A stretch of 64,000 nt of DNA from a candidate division FCPU426 bacterium (lineage in GTDB: Bacteria; Oederibacteriota; Muellerivitia; Muellerivitales; Muellerivitaceae): contig CAWCKJ010000008.1 in NCBI GenBank assembly GCA_963796105.1, positions 138,330 to 202,329 of the forward strand, read 5' to 3'. Shown here piece after piece: positions 1 through 11,616 of the stretch. Numbering within the stretch: position 1 is the first letter of the stretch; each line of letters opens with the position of its first letter. The notes below the pieces were generated by a model. The model did not search any database. It was given only the letters and a program-made list of their open reading frames with translations, and was not told the origin of the DNA. The translations under genes and the position numbers were made by a program.

Positions 1-1
1 C

Positions 2-73
2 AGCGCTGAAAAACATTGGCGGCTGGTAAAAATATTAAAGAAGGCAGTCGAGATCCAGGAGGCCCTATTATGA
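2..73 (+). CDS. rpsQ: 30S ribosomal protein S17, 3' end (partial)
   Basis: Frame 2 reads [23 protein letters not shown], matching the S17 C-terminal S-x-x-K-x-W-R-L-V motif; stop overlaps the rplN ATG; canonical gene order. Confidence 0.85.
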   Translation, partial: SAEKHWRLVKILKKAVEIQEALL

Positions 74-438
74 TAATGCCTCAAACTATGTTAACTGTTG
101 CTGACAATAGCGGCGCCACAAAGATAATGTGTATCCATGTTTTAGGCGGAACAAAAAGACGATATGCGTCCATTGGTGACATTATTGTTGCTGCCGTAAA
201 GGAAGCGATTCCGGGCGCCGGAGTAAAAAAGAGCGAAGTGGTAAAGGCTGTTGTAGTTCGGCAGAAACGTGTTTATACCCGTCCCGATGGCTCAAATATA
301 CGTTTTGATGAAAATGCCGCAGTTATTATTAATGATCAAATGAATCCGCGAGGGACGAGAATTTTTGGTCCAGTAACTAGAGAATTGAGGGAAAAAAATT
401 TCATGAAAATAATATCTTTAGCTCCGGAGGTTTTATAG
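70..438 (+). CDS. rplN: 50S ribosomal protein L14
   Basis: [16 protein letters not shown]...RGTRIFGPV...SLAPEVL; start moved to ATG 70. Confidence 0.98.
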   Translation: MIMPQTMLTVADNSGATKIMCIHVLGGTKRRYASIGDIIVAAVKEAIPGAGVKKSEVVKAVVVRQKRVYTRPDGSNIRFDENAAVIINDQMNPRGTRIFGPVTRELREKNFMKIISLAPEVL

Positions 439-441
439 GCC

Positions 442-762
442 ATGCATGTACACCGTGATGACACAGTGTTGGTATTAACCGGAAAAGACAGAGGGAAAAA
501 AGGCCGGATTATCCGTTTATTCCCGTTAAAAAATAAGGCTTTGATTGAAAAAATCAATATGGTTAAAAGACACACGAGGCCCAATCAACAAATGCCCCAG
601 GGTGGAATTGTTGAAAAAGAATCACCCATACACATATCAAATTTAAAAGTCATATGTTCTAAGTGCGGAAAACCAACACGTGTTGGATATAAAAAATTAA
701 ATGAAAATAAATCAACCAGAATATGTAAAAAATGCGGGGAAATTCTGGATAGGGAAAAGTAA
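442..762 (+). CDS. rplX: 50S ribosomal protein L24
   Basis: KOW motif [29 protein letters not shown]. Confidence 0.97.
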   Translation: MHVHRDDTVLVLTGKDRGKKGRIIRLFPLKNKALIEKINMVKRHTRPNQQMPQGGIVEKESPIHISNLKVICSKCGKPTRVGYKKLNENKSTRICKKCGEILDREK

Positions 763-763
763 G

Positions 764-1315
764 ATGAAAAAGACAATTATTAAAGAAAAATACGAAAAAG
801 AAATAATACCAGCTTTGATGAAAAGATTTGATATTAAAAATATTATGAAAGTTCCTAAAGTAGAAAAAATAGTTATTAATATTTGTGTTGGCAAAGCTGC
901 CTCGGAAAACAACATTAAACTGCTCGATATTGCGGTTGATGAATTAAAACTCATTAGCGGGCAAAAACCAGCAATTACTCGCTCGAAAAAGGCAATTTCC
1001 AATTTCAAACTTCGTGCTAATCAACCTTTGGGAGCAAAAGTAACATTAAGAGGGGAGCGAATGTATCAGTTTATGGAACGCTTATTTATGGTGGCGTTGC
1101 CAAGAATCCGGGATTTTAGAGGGGTTCCGACAAGGTCTTTTGATGGCAGAGGTAATTACACGCTTGGTTTGAAAGAACAGATAATATTTTTAGAAATTAA
1201 TTTTGACAACGTTCAATCCATTCATGGCATGGATATTACTTTTACGACATCTACCCAAGATGACATGCAGGCAAAAGAACTATTAACCTTGCTGGGCATG
1301 CCTTTTAGAAATTAG
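764..1315 (+). CDS. rplE: 50S ribosomal protein L5
   Basis: [40 protein letters not shown]; start at ATG 764. Confidence 0.97.
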   Translation: MKKTIIKEKYEKEIIPALMKRFDIKNIMKVPKVEKIVINICVGKAASENNIKLLDIAVDELKLISGQKPAITRSKKAISNFKLRANQPLGAKVTLRGERMYQFMERLFMVALPRIRDFRGVPTRSFDGRGNYTLGLKEQIIFLEINFDNVQSIHGMDITFTTSTQDDMQAKELLTLLGMPFRN

Positions 1316-1323
1316 GAGATTTC

Positions 1324-1509
1324 ATGGCAAAGAAATGTTTGATAAATAAGCAAAAGTTGACGCCTAAGTTTAAGGTTAGGGCGTATCATCGTTGTAAACT
1401 TTGTGGACGTCCTCGGGGTTACTTGAGACGTTTTGGAATGTGTAGAATTTGTTTTAGGAACCTTGCGGGTGAAGGGAAAATACCTGGCGTGATTAAAGCT
1501 AGCTGGTAA
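1324..1509 (+). CDS. rpsZ: 30S ribosomal protein S14, Zn-binding type Z
   Basis: 61 aa, [10 protein letters not shown]...MCRICFR, ends ASW. Confidence 0.96.
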   Translation: MAKKCLINKQKLTPKFKVRAYHRCKLCGRPRGYLRRFGMCRICFRNLAGEGKIPGVIKASW

Positions 1510-1525
1510 GAGGAGTAATTATATT

Positions 1526-1927
1526 ATGTCAATGACTGATCCGATTGCTGATATGTTGACCAGAATTCGTAATGCTAATCACACATATAAGGAAAAAGTG
1601 GATGTGCCTTTTTCTAAATTGAAACTCGAAATTTCCAGAATACTTTCTGAAGAGGGGTTTATAAAGAATTACAAAGTTGTAGAAGAGAAAGGAAAACCCT
1701 CTTTAATTCGAATTGTTATGAAATATGGAGATAATAGAGAAAGGGTCATTTCAACTATTAGCCGCATTAGCCGTTCAGGTAAGCGTTATTACGCCCAAAG
1801 AATGAACGTCCCAAAAGTAATTGGGGGCATGGGCATCGCCATTCTTTCAACATCAAAGGGAATTCTAACTGATCAACAAGCTCGTCAACAGGGTGTTGGC
1901 GGCGAAGTACTCTGCTTGGTTCATTAA
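1526..1927 (+). CDS. rpsH: 30S ribosomal protein S8
   Basis: [32 protein letters not shown]. Confidence 0.98.
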   Translation: MSMTDPIADMLTRIRNANHTYKEKVDVPFSKLKLEISRILSEEGFIKNYKVVEEKGKPSLIRIVMKYGDNRERVISTISRISRSGKRYYAQRMNVPKVIGGMGIAILSTSKGILTDQQARQQGVGGEVLCLVH

Positions 1928-1949
1928 GTTCTAATCAAAGGGAGATTTT

Positions 1950-2522
1950 ATGGCGCGAATCGCCAAAAAACCAATAAATATACCACCTGGCGTGAAAATC
2001 AAAATCGAGGGGAAGAAAGTTGTTGTGGAGGGATCAAAAGGTATTTTATCACATGATTTGCTACCTGGAATTAAAGTAGCACTTACCGATAAAAATTTAC
2101 TCGTTTCACCTGAACCCATAGAAAATGCCGATATGAAATTATTAAATGCTCGTCAAGGCTTAACTCACGCTTTAATTAAAAATATGGTTTTAGGCGTATC
2201 GTTTGGATTTGAAAAAAAACTGGAAATTCAAGGTGTGGGTTATCGTGCCTCATTAGATAAGGGTAAATTAAGCATGACTTTAGGATTCAGCCATCCAGTT
2301 CTTTTAGATTTACCCAAAGGCGTATCAGTGGAAATTGAAAAACAAACCCTATTAACGGTGAAAGGAATTGACAAATATCAAGTGGGAGAAATGGCAGCGA
2401 AAATACGCCAATCAAAACCACCGGAAGTTTACAAAGGGACGGGTATTCGTTATCTGGGTGAATATGTAAGAAAGAAAGTTGGGAAAACAGGAGCCACCGG
2501 TAAAACGGATGGGGCGAAATAA
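1950..2522 (+). CDS. rplF: 50S ribosomal protein L6
   Basis: [34 protein letters not shown]. Confidence 0.97.
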   Translation: MARIAKKPINIPPGVKIKIEGKKVVVEGSKGILSHDLLPGIKVALTDKNLLVSPEPIENADMKLLNARQGLTHALIKNMVLGVSFGFEKKLEIQGVGYRASLDKGKLSMTLGFSHPVLLDLPKGVSVEIEKQTLLTVKGIDKYQVGEMAAKIRQSKPPEVYKGTGIRYLGEYVRKKVGKTGATGKTDGAK

Positions 2523-2538
2523 AAACAAGGGGCTAAAG

Positions 2539-2904
2539 ATGTCATCGAAAATACAAAAAGAATCTAGGATCCACCGGCATTTACGAATCCGAAAAAAAGT
2601 ATTTGGATCTCTTGAAAGACCGCGTTTGGTAGTCCATCGCGGCGCTAAAAACATCACTGCTCAAATTATTGATGATTTGAGAGGTGTTACGTTGGTTTCT
2701 TCGGCGAGTTTTGATAAAAATCTCCGAAAAAACATTAAAAGCGGCGGAAACATTGAGGCTGCAAAGAAGGTTGGTGAACAAATAGCCATTTTGGCAAAAG
2801 AGAAATCTGTTACTAGAGTGGTTTTTGACAGAGGTGGATATCTTTTCCATGGGCGTATTAAGGCATTGGCGGATGCAGCCCGTGCCAATGGTCTTCAATT
2901 CTAA
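2539..2904 (+). CDS. rplR: 50S ribosomal protein L18
   Basis: [37 protein letters not shown]; start at ATG 2539. Confidence 0.97.
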   Translation: MSSKIQKESRIHRHLRIRKKVFGSLERPRLVVHRGAKNITAQIIDDLRGVTLVSSASFDKNLRKNIKSGGNIEAAKKVGEQIAILAKEKSVTRVVFDRGGYLFHGRIKALADAARANGLQF

Positions 2905-2918
2905 AGTTAAGGAAACTT

Positions 2919-3431
2919 ATGGCACGGATAGATGTTTCAAAGCTTGATTTGAAGGAAAAGGTAATTCACATTAACCGGGTTGCTAAAGTGGTAAAAGGCG
3001 GAAGAAGGTTTAGCTTTTCAGTTCTAGTGGTTGTGGGGGACGGCCATGGTTTTGTTGGAATTGGAATGGGAAAAGCCAGTGAGGTACCGGATGCTATTCG
3101 GAAAGCAGTTGAAGATGCCAAGAAAAACTTAATTAAGGTTCCTTTGAAAGGTTTTACTTTATACCATGAAATTATAGGTGTTTTTAAAGCTTCACGAGTC
3201 CTATTAAAGCCAGCGGCGCCTGGAACAGGTATCATCGCTGGAGGTGGAGTCAGAGCAGTATGTGAATTAGCCGGTATCCACGATGTATTAACTAAATCGA
3301 TCCGGTCTGATAATGTTTTTAACGTTGTTCAGGCTGCATTAAATGGTCTTAAGAACATGCAATCGCCGGATAAGGTGTTGTTGTTAAGAGGGAAGCTAAT
3401 TGAGGGTATGGTAGGGGTGGGTAAATCATGA
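2919..3431 (+). CDS. rpsE: 30S ribosomal protein S5
   Basis: [28 protein letters not shown]. Confidence 0.98.
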   Translation: MARIDVSKLDLKEKVIHINRVAKVVKGGRRFSFSVLVVVGDGHGFVGIGMGKASEVPDAIRKAVEDAKKNLIKVPLKGFTLYHEIIGVFKASRVLLKPAAPGTGIIAGGGVRAVCELAGIHDVLTKSIRSDNVFNVVQAALNGLKNMQSPDKVLLLRGKLIEGMVGVGKS

Positions 3432-3604
3432 CAGATATTAAAATCCAATTAATTAAAAGTCTAAATGGACGTTTGCCAAAACATGTCCGCATCGCAAAAG
3501 CGTTAGGACTACAAAACGTTCGGCAAATCATAATTAGGCCGGATACTCCGGTAATTCGAGGAATGATAAATAAAATTGGCTACTTGTTAGAAATAAAAAA
3601 ATGA
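3428..3604 (+). CDS. rpmD: 50S ribosomal protein L30 (58 aa, absent from ORF track)
   Basis: Hand translation [28 protein letters not shown]...[20 protein letters not shown]; lies between rpsE and rplO. Confidence 0.95.
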   Translation: MTDIKIQLIKSLNGRLPKHVRIAKALGLQNVRQIIIRPDTPVIRGMINKIGYLLEIKK

Positions 3605-3617
3605 AAAGGTAATTAAA

Positions 3618-4055
3618 ATGAAAATCGTTGATCTTAAGCCTGCGCACGGAGCTACAAAAAGGCGGAAAATTGTTGGAAAAGGTCCTGGCTCTGGACACGG
3701 GAAGACATCAACCAGGGGAAACAAGGGCCAAAATTCTCGAACGGGCGGTGGTGTCCGTGCCGGATTTGAAGGGGGACAAACTCCCGTTTATCGACGGTTG
3801 CCAATTCGGGGTTTCAAGTCTCTAAGTATTTCTCGGTTCTCGATTGTCAATTTGGATCAGTTATCGATTTTTGAAAATGGATACACAGTTACCCCTGAGG
3901 TTTTGAAAGAAAGAGGCCTTATTCATGATCTCAAAAAGGTAAAGGTATTAGGCGATGGAGAATTAAAAAACAAACTTACTATAAAAGCACATGCTTTTAG
4001 TACCTCTGCGATGGAAAAAATCAAAAAAGCCGGTGGAACAATGGAGGTATTGTAA
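3618..4055 (+). CDS. rplO: 50S ribosomal protein L15
   Basis: GKGPGSGHGKTSTRGNKGQ, GFEGGQTP, KVLGDGEL. Confidence 0.98.
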   Translation: MKIVDLKPAHGATKRRKIVGKGPGSGHGKTSTRGNKGQNSRTGGGVRAGFEGGQTPVYRRLPIRGFKSLSISRFSIVNLDQLSIFENGYTVTPEVLKERGLIHDLKKVKVLGDGELKNKLTIKAHAFSTSAMEKIKKAGGTMEVL

Positions 4056-5396
4056 GTGTTTTCAGCTTTTACCAATATTTTTAGAGTTCCAGAATTAAAG
4101 TCACGCGTTTTATTCACTTTTGGTATTTTATTGGTTTACCGCATTGGAATTCATATACCTATTCCCGGTGTGAATGTCGGTGTTTTAGAGAATTTTTTTA
4201 AAAGCCAGGGAAATGGAATTCTGGGATTTTTAAATCTTTTTTCGGGAGGAGCTTTAAAACAATCTTCTATTTTTGCACTTGGTGTCATGCCCTATATAAG
4301 TATGTCGATTATTCTTCAACTATTAACAGCTGTTATTCCCACTCTTGAAAAACTTTCTAAGGAAGGGGAAACCGGGCGAAGAAAAATAACGCAATACACA
4401 AGAATAGGAACAGTGGCTCTTTGTATCGTTCAGGGGACAGGAACCACTTATTTATTGCGTAGCTTAGGAGAAAGTTTTGTGTATCACTGGGGTTTTGGTT
4501 TTCAAGTAATGACTGTTTTGGCATTAACGACTGGTACCATATTCATCATGTGGCTAGGAGAGCAGATTACAGAATTTGGGATTGGAAATGGAATTTCATT
4601 AATAATATTCGCGGGTATTGTAGCGGGGTTGCCCGGCGAATTGGCCGCCACATTTAGGCTTTTTAAAATTGGACAGGTGAGTCTTTTTTCATTCTTGTTT
4701 TTTGCTCTTTTTACTATAGCAACAATTGCTTTTATCGTTATCCTCCAACAAGGCGCCCGGAAAATCCCGGTTCAATATGCAACTCGGGTTGTAGGAAGAC
4801 AGGTATTTAAAGGACAATCGACTCAATTACCTTTAAAAGTGGATTATTCTGGAGTTATTGCCGTTATTTTCGCTTCCTCCATTTTAGTTTTCCCCGCCCA
4901 GGCAGCTAAATATATACAAACTCTCCCGATTGTTTCTTCTGAAGTCAATGGATGGGTCTATAACTTCGCGGATTTAATCATTCGAAATTTATCACCGGGA
5001 GCGTTTTTTTATTATGTTTTATATTCCGGGTTAATTGTCTTTTTTTGTTATTTTTATACCGCAATTGCTTTTAATCCTACTGATTTGTCCGAAAATATGA
5101 AGAAGTACGGTGGTTTTATTCCTGGTATTCGTCCTGGCCAACCGACCGCTGAATTTATTGATAGAACGTTAACAAGAATTACGATTTGGGGTGCTCTTGC
5201 GGTTTGCGTTGTCGCGGTGGCACCTGATGTATTAACACGGAAATTAAATATCCCAATATATTTTGGGGGTACTTCTCTTTTAATTATTGTTGGGGTCGCT
5301 TTGGATACCATGAAACAGATTGAGTCGCATTTGTTAATGAGACACTACGATGGTTTTATGAAAAAAGGCCGTTTAAAAGGACGGAGCGCCTTTTAA
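4056..5396 (+). CDS. secY: Preprotein translocase subunit SecY
   Basis: SIFALGVMPYI, WLGEQITEFGIGNGISLIIF, FIPGIRPG, FGGTSLLI. Confidence 0.99.
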   Translation: MFSAFTNIFRVPELKSRVLFTFGILLVYRIGIHIPIPGVNVGVLENFFKSQGNGILGFLNLFSGGALKQSSIFALGVMPYISMSIILQLLTAVIPTLEKLSKEGETGRRKITQYTRIGTVALCIVQGTGTTYLLRSLGESFVYHWGFGFQVMTVLALTTGTIFIMWLGEQITEFGIGNGISLIIFAGIVAGLPGELAATFRLFKIGQVSLFSFLFFALFTIATIAFIVILQQGARKIPVQYATRVVGRQVFKGQSTQLPLKVDYSGVIAVIFASSILVFPAQAAKYIQTLPIVSSEVNGWVYNFADLIIRNLSPGAFFYYVLYSGLIVFFCYFYTAIAFNPTDLSENMKKYGGFIPGIRPGQPTAEFIDRTLTRITIWGALAVCVVAVAPDVLTRKLNIPIYFGGTSLLIIVGVALDTMKQIESHLLMRHYDGFMKKGRLKGRSAF

Positions 5397-6052
5397 TGAG
5401 AGTTATTTTATTGGGGGAGCCTGGAGCAGGAAAGGGAACTTATTCATTAGAGATAGTGCGAAAATATAATATTCCCCAAATCTCAACTGGCGATATGTTA
5501 CGAAATGCGATTAAACACGGAACGAATCTGGGCCTTCATGCACAAGAATTTATGAAAAAGGGTGAATTGGTTCCAGATTCACTTGTGATTGGATTAATTC
5601 ATGATCGGATTAAACAATCTGATGCGGTCGATGGATTCATATTAGATGGGTTTCCAAGAAACGTGTCTCAAGCAGTAAAACTTGAAGAAATTTTATCAAG
5701 TGAAAAAATACAGTTAAATATTGTTTTGAAAATAGAAGTGGATAAACAAATTATAGTCAGAAGATTAACGTCGAGAAGAGTTTGCCCCAATTGTAATTCG
5801 ACTTTTAATATTGAAACAATGAAACCTAAGACGGAAGGTATTTGCGATAAATGCGGTGAAAAGTTGATACAAAGATCAGACGATCGAGTAGAAACAATTG
5901 AAAATCGCCTGGCCGTTTATCAAAAAGATACTGCTCCATTAATTAATTTTTATGAAGAAAAGAAATTGTTAAAAAAAGTTTTATGTAATGGGGATCTAAA
6001 AAATTCGTTAGAGAAAATTTTCAATGTGCTGATGAAAGCGGTCATTGATTAG
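5396..6052 (+). CDS. adk: Adenylate kinase (Zn-lid type)
   Basis: GEPGAGKGT, ISTGDMLR, GFILDGFPR, CPNC/CDKC lid. Confidence 0.98.
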   Translation: MRVILLGEPGAGKGTYSLEIVRKYNIPQISTGDMLRNAIKHGTNLGLHAQEFMKKGELVPDSLVIGLIHDRIKQSDAVDGFILDGFPRNVSQAVKLEEILSSEKIQLNIVLKIEVDKQIIVRRLTSRRVCPNCNSTFNIETMKPKTEGICDKCGEKLIQRSDDRVETIENRLAVYQKDTAPLINFYEEKKLLKKVLCNGDLKNSLEKIFNVLMKAVID

Positions 6053-6798
6053 TGATTACTATTAAGTCTGAGTATGAATTGAAGCTAATGCGAATTAGCG
6101 GCCGGGTCGTTTGCGAAGCTCTACAAGAACTTCACAAATTAATAAAACCTGGGTTATCAACTGTGGAGTTGGATAAATTCGCATATGATTTCATCACTCG
6201 GAATAAATGCAAACCAGCTTTTTTAGGGTATCACGGATATCCTGCTACTATATGTACTTCTATTAACGAACAAGTTGTTCATGGAATACCTGGAATCCGG
6301 ATTTTAAAAGAGGGGGATATAGTCGGAATCGATATTGGAGCTTTTTATAAAGGCTATTGCGGTGATTCGGCCCGGACATTTGCTGTCGGCGAAGTTGCTC
6401 CGGAAGTGAAAATGTTACTTGATATTACATATTCAGCTTTGAATGTTGGAATTAGTAAATGCCGTGAAGGGAACAGAATTTCTGATATAGGATTTGCAAT
6501 CCAGAATTTTGTTGAAATGAATGGTTATTCAATCGTTAGGGATTATGTAGGTCATGGAATAGGGCAGGAAATGCATGAAGAACCTCAAGTCCCTAATTAT
6601 GGAGTACCAAACCAGGGCCCTCCAATCGTTTCGGGTATGTGTTTAGCGCTGGAACCGATGGTAAATATGGGTTCTGAAGAGGTAAAGATTTTGGATGACG
6701 GCTGGACAGTAGTGACTAAAGATGGTAAATTTTCCGCCCACTTTGAAGATACTATTTCAGTTGGATTGAAAGGTATAGAGAACTTGACGCGGGTTTAA
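6052..6798 (+). CDS. map: Methionine aminopeptidase type I
   Basis: [23 protein letters not shown]...HEEP, EPMVN, SAHFE. Confidence 0.98.
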   Translation: MITIKSEYELKLMRISGRVVCEALQELHKLIKPGLSTVELDKFAYDFITRNKCKPAFLGYHGYPATICTSINEQVVHGIPGIRILKEGDIVGIDIGAFYKGYCGDSARTFAVGEVAPEVKMLLDITYSALNVGISKCREGNRISDIGFAIQNFVEMNGYSIVRDYVGHGIGQEMHEEPQVPNYGVPNQGPPIVSGMCLALEPMVNMGSEEVKILDDGWTVVTKDGKFSAHFEDTISVGLKGIENLTRV

Positions 6799-6821
6799 CC
6801 CCCAAAAGGGGATGGAGAGGT

Positions 6822-7040
6822 ATGGCCAAAGAAGAAGCGATTTCAATAGAAGGAACCGTAATTGAGGCTCTTCCAAATGCGAGTTTTAGGGTTGAATTAG
6901 AAAATAAGCACGTTGTATTAGCCCACGTGTCAGGGAAGATGAGGATGAATTTTATTCGCATACTTCCTGGTGATCGAGTTACAGTTGAATTATCACCCTA
7001 TGATTTGACTCGAGGGCGAATAACTTACCGATTTAAATGA
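6822..7040 (+). CDS. infA: Translation initiation factor IF-1
   Basis: [40 protein letters not shown]. Confidence 0.98.
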   Translation: MAKEEAISIEGTVIEALPNASFRVELENKHVVLAHVSGKMRMNFIRILPGDRVTVELSPYDLTRGRITYRFK

Positions 7041-7071
7041 TGACGGGAATGTAAAAAGGAGATGTTCAAAA

Positions 7072-7185
7072 ATGAAAGTTAGATCATCTGTTAAACCCAT
7101 CTGTGATAAATGTAAAGTCATTCGACGGAAACGTGTAATACGAGTTATTTGCACTAATCCGAAACATAAACAAAGGCAAGGCTAA
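7072..7185 (+). CDS. rpmJ: 50S ribosomal protein L36 (37 aa, absent from ORF track)
   Basis: Hand translation [37 protein letters not shown]. Confidence 0.97.
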   Translation: MKVRSSVKPICDKCKVIRRKRVIRVICTNPKHKQRQG

Positions 7186-7202
7186 TCAAGGAGTAAAGAT
7201 AT

Positions 7203-7583
7203 ATGGCAAGAATTTCGGGCGTGGATTTACCTAAAGAAAAGCGCATGGAAACAGCTTTAACATATGTTTATGGAATCGGGTTGGCGCTTTCCAAGGGAAT
7301 TTTGATCAAGGCAAATGTTAATCCTGATATTCGTGTAAAAAATCTTAAAGATGACGAAGTCGCTAGAATTCAGAATATTATAAATACAAATAATATTAAG
7401 GTAGAGGGTGACTTGAGAAGAGAAATATCGATGAACATTAAAAGATTAATTGATATCGGGACTTACCGAGGCATGAGGCATAGAAAAGGTCTCCCAGTAA
7501 GGGGCCAGCGGACTAAAACGAATGCACGAACAAGGAAGGGACCAAAGAAAACAGTTGGAAGCGGTCGAAAAAAAGAGGAGTAA
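7203..7583 (+). CDS. rpsM: 30S ribosomal protein S13
   Basis: [28 protein letters not shown]. Confidence 0.98.
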   Translation: MARISGVDLPKEKRMETALTYVYGIGLALSKGILIKANVNPDIRVKNLKDDEVARIQNIINTNNIKVEGDLRREISMNIKRLIDIGTYRGMRHRKGLPVRGQRTKTNARTRKGPKKTVGSGRKKEE

Positions 7584-7669
7584 TAAATGGCCGCTAAGTT
7601 TTGCGGCATTTATCCTTGTTGGATAATTAATATTTATTGAATATAAAAATGTTACTAGAGGAGAAATAA

Positions 7670-8113
7670 GTGGTTGAAAAATCAGATAATTCTGAAGAGA
7701 AAGAAATAAAATCGGAAGGAAGTGAGAAGGCTATGGTCTCATTTTCTCCTAAAAAAGGAAAAAAAGCCCCAAGAAATGGTGTTGTTCATATTCAATGTAC
7801 TTTTAACAATACCTTAGTGACAGTGACAGATCCAAAAGGTAATGTTATTGCTTGGTCTTCTGCAGGTTTAATGAATTTTAAAGGAAGCCGAAAATCAACA
7901 CCCTTTTCCGCTCAAGTTGCCGCTGAAGCTGCGGGAAAGAAAGCTGTTGATGCCGGGATGAAATCAGTTGAAGTTTATGTAAAAGGTCCCGGCTCGGGAC
8001 GAGAAGCAGCCATTCGCGCAATCCAAACAAGTGGGTTGCAGATTTCCATGATTAAAGATGTTACCCCTGTGCCGCATAACGGATGTCGACCGCCGAAACG
8101 CAGACGGGTTTAA
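7670..8113 (+). CDS. rpsK: 30S ribosomal protein S11 (charged N-terminal extension)
   Basis: [42 protein letters not shown] before GTG. Confidence 0.97.
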   Translation: MVEKSDNSEEKEIKSEGSEKAMVSFSPKKGKKAPRNGVVHIQCTFNNTLVTVTDPKGNVIAWSSAGLMNFKGSRKSTPFSAQVAAEAAGKKAVDAGMKSVEVYVKGPGSGREAAIRAIQTSGLQISMIKDVTPVPHNGCRPPKRRRV

Positions 8114-8124
8114 AGGAGAATTTA

Positions 8125-8745
8125 ATGAGTGATCAATCCGTATGTAGGATTTGCCGGCGTGAGGGGATGAAGCTTTATTTAAAAGGGAATCGCTGTGACA
8201 CTGAAAAGTGCGCTTTTGAAAGAAGAAGTTATGCGCCTGGCCAACATGGCCAGAAGCGTCGTAAAGACACGGAATACGGGACACAATTACGTGAAAAACA
8301 AAAGGTTAAAAGAATTTATGGACTTTTTGAAAAGCAATTCAAAAGATATTTTTCAATGGCTTCACGCAAAAAAGGTGTTACGGGGGAAACTCTGTTGCAA
8401 TTATTAGAACAACGGTTAGACAACACCGTTTATCGATTGGGTTTTGCTGAGTCTCGTTCGCAAGCGCGTCAAATTGTTCGGCATGGAATGATTATGGTAA
8501 ATGGAAAAAAGGTTGATATCCCTTCATATACCTTAAAAGCCGGGGATAAGATTTCAGTGGTTGATAAATATAAAGAGAACTTAGTGATTAAACGTTCTTT
8601 GGAAATTCTCCAAAAAAAGAATGTTCCCGAGTGGCTTGAAGTGGATGCTAGCTCTCATTCAGGTGTTTTCAAAAAAATTCCGACAAAAGAAGAAATCGCA
8701 CTTCCGGTTCAAGAACAATTAATTGTTGAGTTATATTCAAAGTAA
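8125..8745 (+). CDS. rpsD: 30S ribosomal protein S4
   Basis: [41 protein letters not shown] before ATG 8125. Confidence 0.98.
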   Translation: MSDQSVCRICRREGMKLYLKGNRCDTEKCAFERRSYAPGQHGQKRRKDTEYGTQLREKQKVKRIYGLFEKQFKRYFSMASRKKGVTGETLLQLLEQRLDNTVYRLGFAESRSQARQIVRHGMIMVNGKKVDIPSYTLKAGDKISVVDKYKENLVIKRSLEILQKKNVPEWLEVDASSHSGVFKKIPTKEEIALPVQEQLIVELYSK

Positions 8746-8796
8746 TCAGTAATAAAAAATGTCTCATGTTTTGGGACAATTCTCGCAGGAGGCGTT

Positions 8797-9810
8797 ATGC
8801 AAATCGGAAACGTACAAATTCCGAAATTTTTGGATTACGAAAAAGAGAGTCTTACTCCGACTTATGGAAAGTTCATAGCGGAACCTTTTGAAAGGGGATA
8901 TGGCCAATCAGTCGGTAACTCTTTGCGAAGAATCTTACTTTCGTCGATCACCGGCGCGGCGGTTACATCCGTCAAATTTCAAGGTGTTTCGCACGAGTTT
9001 TCCTCAATCCCGGGCGTAGTAGAAGATACAACTGAAATCATACTGAATTTGAAAGAATTAAAAATAAAACTATTTAATTCAAGTTCAAAAGTTTTGCATT
9101 TAGAAATAAAAGGCGAAAGAAATGTAGTGGCTGCTGACATACAAACTGATGGCGATGTTGAGATGTTAAATCCTCAGCTACATTTGGCGACCTTGACGGA
9201 GGAAGAGGCTTCTCTTGATATTGAAATAGAAATATCGGAAGGGCGTGGGTATGCTCCTGCAGAACGGAATAAAAGAGAGGGACAATCCATAGGCGTAATC
9301 CCGATTGATTCAATTTTTACACCAGTCATACAAGTGAAATACTCGGTGGAATCCGCTCGTATTGGCCAAATCACTGATTATGATAAACTCATAATAGAGA
9401 TTTGGACTGATGGGAGAATTCGACCTGAAGACGCTTTGGCGCATGCATCAAAAATACTTAGAGATTCTCTTCAGATTTTTATTAATTTTGAAGAAGAACC
9501 AATACAACAAGATGATTCGGTTAGCGAGGAAGAAGAGCGCCTTCGTGAGTTGTTGAATGAGAGTGTTGAAGAACTCGAGTTATCGGTGCGTTCCGCCAAT
9601 TGCTTGAAAACGGCTAATATTAAAACTATTGGGGATTTGGCAAGAAAAACCGAATCAGATATGTTGAAATATAAAAACTTCGGCAGAAAATCGCTTAATG
9701 AAATCAAGGAAATCCTAAATGGAATGGGGCTTTCTTTTGGAATGGATGTTGATTCAATTTTAGCTAAAGGAAAACCTGTTTCTTTGCCGCGTGTTGAAAC
9801 AAACGTTTAA
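8797..9810 (+). CDS. rpoA: RNA polymerase subunit alpha
   Basis: [42 protein letters not shown]. Confidence 0.99.
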   Translation: MQIGNVQIPKFLDYEKESLTPTYGKFIAEPFERGYGQSVGNSLRRILLSSITGAAVTSVKFQGVSHEFSSIPGVVEDTTEIILNLKELKIKLFNSSSKVLHLEIKGERNVVAADIQTDGDVEMLNPQLHLATLTEEEASLDIEIEISEGRGYAPAERNKREGQSIGVIPIDSIFTPVIQVKYSVESARIGQITDYDKLIIEIWTDGRIRPEDALAHASKILRDSLQIFINFEEEPIQQDDSVSEEEERLRELLNESVEELELSVRSANCLKTANIKTIGDLARKTESDMLKYKNFGRKSLNEIKEILNGMGLSFGMDVDSILAKGKPVSLPRVETNV

Positions 9811-9835
9811 ATTGAAGAGAAATTAGGAGAATAAA

Positions 9836-10321
9836 ATGAGGCATAGAGCTCATCACGGACATCTTGGTGTTCAACCCGCGCACCGTCGCTCCATTTTAAG
9901 AAATATGGTGACATCCCTCTTAAAACATGAACGTATTAAGACAACAAAAGTTAGGGCAAAAGAAGTAAGAAGATTTGCGGAAAAAATGATCACTCTTGCT
10001 AAAAAGGAAACCTTAGATTCAAAAAGAAGAGTTCTTGGTTATATCCGTGAAAGAGAAGTGGTCAATAAATTATATAAATCCCTGGTTTATCGATATGCCC
10101 AAAGAAAAGGAGGGTATACTAGGATTCTAAAGCTGGGATTTAGAGCTGGCGATGGTGCGGATATGGTGTTTTTAGAGTTGGTGGACCGGCCAATTACAGA
10201 AGTGCCTGTGGATAATAAAACAGAGAAAAAAGGCAAAAAGGAAAGTAACGCTATACCGGAATCTTCTGATAAAGCGGTAGATAAGAAAAAGCCAAAAGAA
10301 GTTGCTGTTTCTGAAAAGTAG
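9836..10321 (+). CDS. rplQ: 50S ribosomal protein L17
   Basis: MRHR, HERIKTT, EKMITLAK, GGYTRILK. Confidence 0.98.
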   Translation: MRHRAHHGHLGVQPAHRRSILRNMVTSLLKHERIKTTKVRAKEVRRFAEKMITLAKKETLDSKRRVLGYIREREVVNKLYKSLVYRYAQRKGGYTRILKLGFRAGDGADMVFLELVDRPITEVPVDNKTEKKGKKESNAIPESSDKAVDKKKPKEVAVSEK

Positions 10322-10404
10322 CCTCTTTCGCCAGAAAAATGTTCCAATCGATTCAATTTTCTTTTGACCGAGTTCTTTTAATTTCGTAAAATGAAAGTAA
10401 TAAT

Positions 10405-10926
10405 ATGAAAAATAATCAGAAAAACCTCTTTAAAATTTTCTTCACCCTCTTTTTTTTACTGTCCACTATACACTTATTCGCTCAAAGTTCAGATACTGGT
10501 TTATCAGGTAGTCTTGAGACTAATCATCAAAGTTATTTTTATAAGGATCCCAATAAGGCGTTCCTACTGGCCTTTTTTCCAGGTCTTCTAATTCACGGTT
10601 ATGGACATTTTTACGCCGAGGATCATTTGACGGGTGATTTATTATTGACCGGTGAAGTAATCTCTGTGCTTTCTGTTGGCATGGGAGCCCTCATCAAATC
10701 CGATACAAACACATTTTCAGGCGGGTTGTTAGGTGACCCCAATAATGCAAAAGATGTTGGCACTAATTTAATCTGGGGCGGGGTCATAGCCTTTACTGCA
10801 TTATGGATTGTGGATATGGCTCATGCGCCTACGGCAGCTAAAGACTATGATGATGAGCATGGTTTAAAGCCCATTGCTTATATAGATCAGAATAGACCGA
10901 CATTAGCTTTGGCTTTACGTTTTTAA
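10405..10926 (+). CDS. Hypothetical exported/membrane protein (TM2-like AFLLAFFPG..GYGHFY motif)
   Basis: Signal-peptide-like N-terminus, hydrophobic segments, C-terminal Phe. Confidence 0.6.
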   Translation: MKNNQKNLFKIFFTLFFLLSTIHLFAQSSDTGLSGSLETNHQSYFYKDPNKAFLLAFFPGLLIHGYGHFYAEDHLTGDLLLTGEVISVLSVGMGALIKSDTNTFSGGLLGDPNNAKDVGTNLIWGGVIAFTALWIVDMAHAPTAAKDYDDEHGLKPIAYIDQNRPTLALALRF

Positions 10927-11616
10927 TCAGGGAATAATTTAGATCGCTTCACCTCGATTCATTTCCATTCTTCGCTTAATTCCAAAAGCAACAAATTCTT
11001 TTATTGCTGAATTTACGGAGTAAGTCCAACACTTCGCCGGAAGACTTCCGCCGGAGTTTTAAAGCCCAAACATTTTCTGGGCCTGTTATTAAGCCATCTT
11101 TCAATGGCTTTGAATTCTTTGAGGGACACTTTAGCAAGGTCGGTCTTTTTTGGCAAATATCGGCGAACCAGACCGATAGTATTTTCCACGGTGCCTTTTT
11201 CCCAACTGTGGAAAGGAGCACAGAAAAAGGATTTGGTACCAAGCACGTGGTTGGTTTCCAGGTGGTTGGTGTTTTTGGTTCCGTTGTCATAGGTCAGACT
11301 CAGACGGGCTTCTTGAGGAAAGCGGCATAAAGTGCGGTTGAGGCTGTGGCTCATTTGGAGTGCAGTCTTTCGCTTGAACTTTCCCAACTGCGTATGGCGG
11401 TGAAAGAGGCCAGTCAAGACGGAACGAATCCGGCCACCTGTAACGGATGAAAGCGGCCACCTGCGGAGCGAAGCGACGAGGGTTATCCTCTTGATGTTGG
11501 AAGAAACATTTGATCCTTCCGTGTTGAAACTCAAATAGTTCAGGGGATGATAGTCCAATTTAACCTCGTTTGAAAAGGTTTGATTAAATCCTCCCTTCGT
11601 ATAATCCTTTTTCCCA

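Noticed and set aside
11013..11558. 181-aa ORF as an intact gene
   Set aside because: Chimera of IS21 end sequence read into the IS30 3' half
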